Below, piece after piece: positions 62,738-64,000 of a stretch of DNA of 64,000 bases. A model generated the notes under the pieces. The model searched no databases. It saw only the letters and a program-made list of their open reading frames with translations, and was not told the origin of the DNA. This stretch comes from Massalongia carnosa (taxonomy: Eukaryota). The translations under genes were made by a program, and so were the position numbers. The stretch covers positions 1,240,001-1,304,000 of the forward strand of contig OZ287080.1 of the NCBI GenBank assembly GCA_965645245.1, in the 5' to 3' direction. The stretch's first letter is position 1; the number at the start of each line of letters is the position of its first letter.

Positions 62738-63889
62738 TCATTCATCACCCTGTGGCGGAACAAGCTCCTGCAAAGCTAATAAAAGAACGTCAGCTGCAGG
62801 CGTGAGCGACGTAGCATCCGCAGCTGTTGCATTGTAACTGTGTGGCCGGGGGGTTCTCTCCTGGCTTTCTGACAAGTTTTGAGTTTCGTTCATCAAAGTT
62901 GTCCGCGACGAGACTGTCGCATCCCTGTTGGATGAATGTTGCGATGTGGGGTTCTCAACCTCGGGGTCGTGCATGTTTTCTCGACTTAGGGGTCTCTGAT
63001 TAGCATCATTTAGATTGGAAATCGGAAGGACGTGTCCGCTCCCAACCCCGGGCCTCGATGCCATGGCTCTGGTCTCTACGGTGGAATCCTGATGTTGGAG
63101 CGGGACATCAAAGGTTTGAGCAAGAATCCGCCCACCATATCGATGATTCAGCCCGAACATAGCTAATCCTGGACCTGGCGATGGCAGCCTCGTAATTAAA
63201 GAAATGGAGCTATTATTACTCCCCCAAGCGGTCGTATCTTGACTAAGCCGATTCGCATGTCTCCGGCTACTCTCCGTTCCTGAACTTGAGTAGTCGGCAA
63301 TCGATATCCTTCGGGTGGCATAGATCGGGGCAGAATTGATCGGGGCAGAATTCACATGAGTCCCAATCCCGACTATGTTCCGGAGAACCTGGGACGCATA
63401 ACTACCAACGCCTCTGCTATAACCAGTGCAGGGACCCTGGACAGGCGCATCTGGGACGTCACGGGTCAGTATAGAGGAAGGCACGTCATGGGCTTCGCTT
63501 GTTAGGTCTGAGTCTCCCGCATTGTTTCCGAGGCAGGCACATCCCGGACTACAATGGCAAAAAGGCCTTCTTTGTTTCAAAGTCGCCTCTCGTCGTCGCG
63601 CAGTTATTCGACTTTTCTTCAGCTGTGCACGTCTATCACTATCCACGTCCTCAAGGTCACGTGGATTTCCCGCCGCATTTGGTATCTCAATCTCATGCTC
63701 TGGAGCGTTACGGGTAAGGCTTTCTCCATGAGAACCATCCGGGGGCCGATTTAAGTCCGGTAGATCTGCAACAAATGCGGCGGGAGAAGGAGAGCCAGAA
63801 CTGATGCGAGGTAAACTTGGCGGCTCCTCCAAAGTATGGCAGGCGTCGACCATCACTTCAGGTGGGTTGGAGGGGCTCATTTGTTCCAT
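62738..63889 (-). CDS. Hypothetical disordered protein; 5' end may extend further toward or beyond the window edge
   Basis: 383-aa ORF, Ser/Pro-rich, with a basic patch followed by CHCSPGCAC. Confidence 0.6.
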   Translation of the reverse strand: MEQMSPSNPPEVMVDACHTLEEPPSLPRISSGSPSPAAFVADLPDLNRPPDGSHGESLTRNAPEHEIEIPNAAGNPRDLEDVDSDRRAQLKKSRITARRREATLKQRRPFCHCSPGCACLGNNAGDSDLTSEAHDVPSSILTRDVPDAPVQGPCTGYSRGVGSYASQVLRNIVGIGTHVNSAPINSAPIYATRRISIADYSSSGTESSRRHANRLSQDTTAWGSNNSSISLITRLPSPGPGLAMFGLNHRYGGRILAQTFDVPLQHQDSTVETRAMASRPGVGSGHVLPISNLNDANQRPLSRENMHDPEVENPTSQHSSNRDATVSSRTTLMNETQNLSESQERTPRPHSYNATAADATSLTPAADVLLLALQELVPPQGDE

Positions 63890-64000
63890 GGCTGTAGGAG
63901 TTAGGTCCTCGGGCCGTGGGGACTCACAGGTGATCTGCTTATCCCGCGTAATCCTAATATGATACCCTAAAACCCTTAGACCTTTAGCCTTTCCTAGAAG

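Noticed and set aside
63961..64000. Telomere-like CCCTAA variants at the window end
   Set aside because: Only one exact CCCTAA with degenerate neighbours; not an array

Overview
Eukaryotic DNA from a filamentous ascomycete (short GT-AG introns with CTRAC branch points, Pezizomycotina-type genes; the species cannot be determined from this window). Host genes, left to right: SDA1 (3' end runs off the window), two apparent pseudogenes (MYND-associated repeat protein; DAO/Tda3-like oxidoreductase), ELO fatty-acid elongase, a single-pass membrane protein, a Moco-sulfurase-like NifS domain with a C2H2 finger instead of MOSC, an ABCG half transporter, a Pth11-like membrane protein, a secreted FAD oxidase, two orphan secreted proteins, a secreted alpha/beta hydrolase, a divergent Soa1-like MFS + TauD/Jlp1 sulfonate pair, a secreted bicupin (oxalate decarboxylase family) and an orphan ORF. 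A ~8.5-kb transposon island (16.8-25.4 kb) can be resolved almost to the base: a pogo element inside one arm of a foldback MITE, and a Fot1-like element carrying a solo LTR (itself hit by a Tc1 element) plus a 5'-truncated LINE. Elsewhere there is an intact Fot1-like element and several MITEs, one with CAC...GTG ends and a 5-bp TSD (Transib-like signature). All family assignments come from motif recognition by eye, not from database searches.
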